DNA from: Kiritimatiellia bacterium
GTDB lineage: Bacteria > Verrucomicrobiota > Kiritimatiellia > RFP12 > DVOR01
Reading direction: 5' to 3'
Assembly: GCA_034178815.1 (NCBI GenBank)
Contig: JAXFQS010000077.1
Location: 1 to 45,231, forward strand
DNA length: 45,231 nucleotides
The notes under the pieces were generated by a model. The model saw only the letters and a list, made by a program, of their open reading frames with translations, did no database searches and was not told the DNA's origin. Below, piece by piece: positions 44,382 to 45,231 of this stretch. A program made the position numbers and the translations under genes. Position 1 is the first letter of the stretch; every line of letters begins with the position of its first letter.

Positions 44382-45231
44382 ATGGCTAACACCGAGAACA
44401 AACCCATCCAGAACCGCTACGAATTCGTCCTCCTCTTCGACGTTAGAGATGGCAACCCCAATGGCGACCCTGATGCCGGCAACCTGCCCCGCGTCGACCC
44501 AGAAACCAATCAAGGCCTTATTACCGATGTTTGCCTGAAACGCAAAGTCCGCAACTATGTCCACTTCGCGAAAGGCGAGACCTCGGGCTACGACATCTAT
44601 GTCGCCGAAAAAGCCATTCTAACCAACCAGCAGCAGAAGGCCTACGCCGCGCTGGGACTTGATGCCAAGAAGGAAGACAAAACCGGGAAGAACACCATTG
44701 ACGCCCAAAAGTGGATGTGCGCAAACTTCTTCGACATCCGCGCATTCGGTGCCGTGATGAGCCTCAAAGAGTGCAACTGCGGCCAAGTCCGCGGGCCAGT
44801 CCAAATGACCTTCGCCCGCTCGATTGACCAAGTCCTTTCCAGCGAGCACGCCATCACCCGCATGGCCGTCGCAACCGAAAAGGAAGCCATCGCACAAAGC
44901 GGTGACAACCGTACGATGGGCCGCAAGTTCACCATTCCCTACGGGCTCTACCGCGAGAATGGCTTCATCAACCCCTGCTTTGCTGATCAGACCGGATTCA
45001 CCGAAGGAGACCTTGACCTCTTCTGGGAAGCCCTCAAGTCGATGTTCGATCTCGATCGTTCCGCCGCACGCGGACTGATGGCGGCCCAGAAACTGATTGT
45101 CTTCAAGCATAGTTCAAAACTCGGCAATGCCCCCGCCCACAAACTCTTCGATGCCGTGCGCGTCAACAAGAAGGCGGGAGTCACCTATCCGCGCTCCTTC
45201 GTCGATTACGAGAATACTCCATCAACAAGAA
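44382..45231 (+). CDS. cas7: Cas7c (Csd2) backbone subunit; 3' end beyond the window
   Basis: Not in the ORF track because no stop lies inside the window. My translation from ATG 44382 (GAAAGG upstream) gives [60 protein letters not shown]...DIRAFGAVM...GPVQ...[11 protein letters not shown], the Csd2 signature. Confidence 0.9.
   Translation, partial: MANTENKPIQNRYEFVLLFDVRDGNPNGDPDAGNLPRVDPETNQGLITDVCLKRKVRNYVHFAKGETSGYDIYVAEKAILTNQQQKAYAALGLDAKKEDKTGKNTIDAQKWMCANFFDIRAFGAVMSLKECNCGQVRGPVQMTFARSIDQVLSSEHAITRMAVATEKEAIAQSGDNRTMGRKFTIPYGLYRENGFINPCFADQTGFTEGDLDLFWEALKSMFDLDRSAARGLMAAQKLIVFKHSSKLGNAPAHKLFDAVRVNKKAGVTYPRSFVDYENTPSTR

Overview
This is a high-GC, very gene-dense chromosomal segment. 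Most gene junctions are under 30 nt or are ATGA/GTGA stop-start overlaps. The content reads like the core genome of a PVC-superphylum (Verrucomicrobiota-like) bacterium; that taxon guess is inference only.

Gene order:
- psd, pssA, a lipoprotein TIM-barrel isomerase and lnt.
- MoxR, DUF58, a BatD/DUF4381-like protein, a HAD nucleotidase and an M20 peptidase.
- A 907-aa secreted clan-GH-A-like hydrolase.
- A MurC-MurB fusion.
- On the minus strand: NIF3 then a PotD-like binding protein; gltX then DUF1846; and two tandem Tat-signal Gfo/Idh/MocA paralogs.
- A long minus-strand string: ilvD, BASS-like transporter, sulfite/nitrite-reductase-like protein, rlmN, exbB, exbD, TonB-like protein, coaB.
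- An EEP phosphoesterase plus two unknown secreted proteins.
- purD, purE, an IMP-cyclohydrolase-domain-only gene, a PHP protein and a patatin-like lipase.
- An AT-rich junction carrying a small lipoprotein gene, then the 5' half of a type I-C CRISPR-Cas operon (cas3, cas5c, cas8c/cas11c, cas7c). The operon runs off the window and no array is visible.

I saw no rRNA, tRNA, IS element or CRISPR array by eye.

Most notable observations:
1. A family of degenerate direct repeats built on a GGTTGCAACCT-type palindromic box, in strict 23-bp register. It occurs in at least four intergenic spacers, always in the same + strand orientation, and once inside the M20 peptidase CDS.
2. cas8c is one continuous frame broken by a single in-frame TGA, 35 codons upstream of an internal SD+ATG that would make a stand-alone Cas11c.
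3. Several gene fusions and fissions: MurC-MurB, an IMPCH-only purH and a stand-alone CoaB.

The long antisense ORFs in the track are GC artefacts. I did not find a clearly novel multi-gene system. The repeat family and the split cas8c are the best leads.
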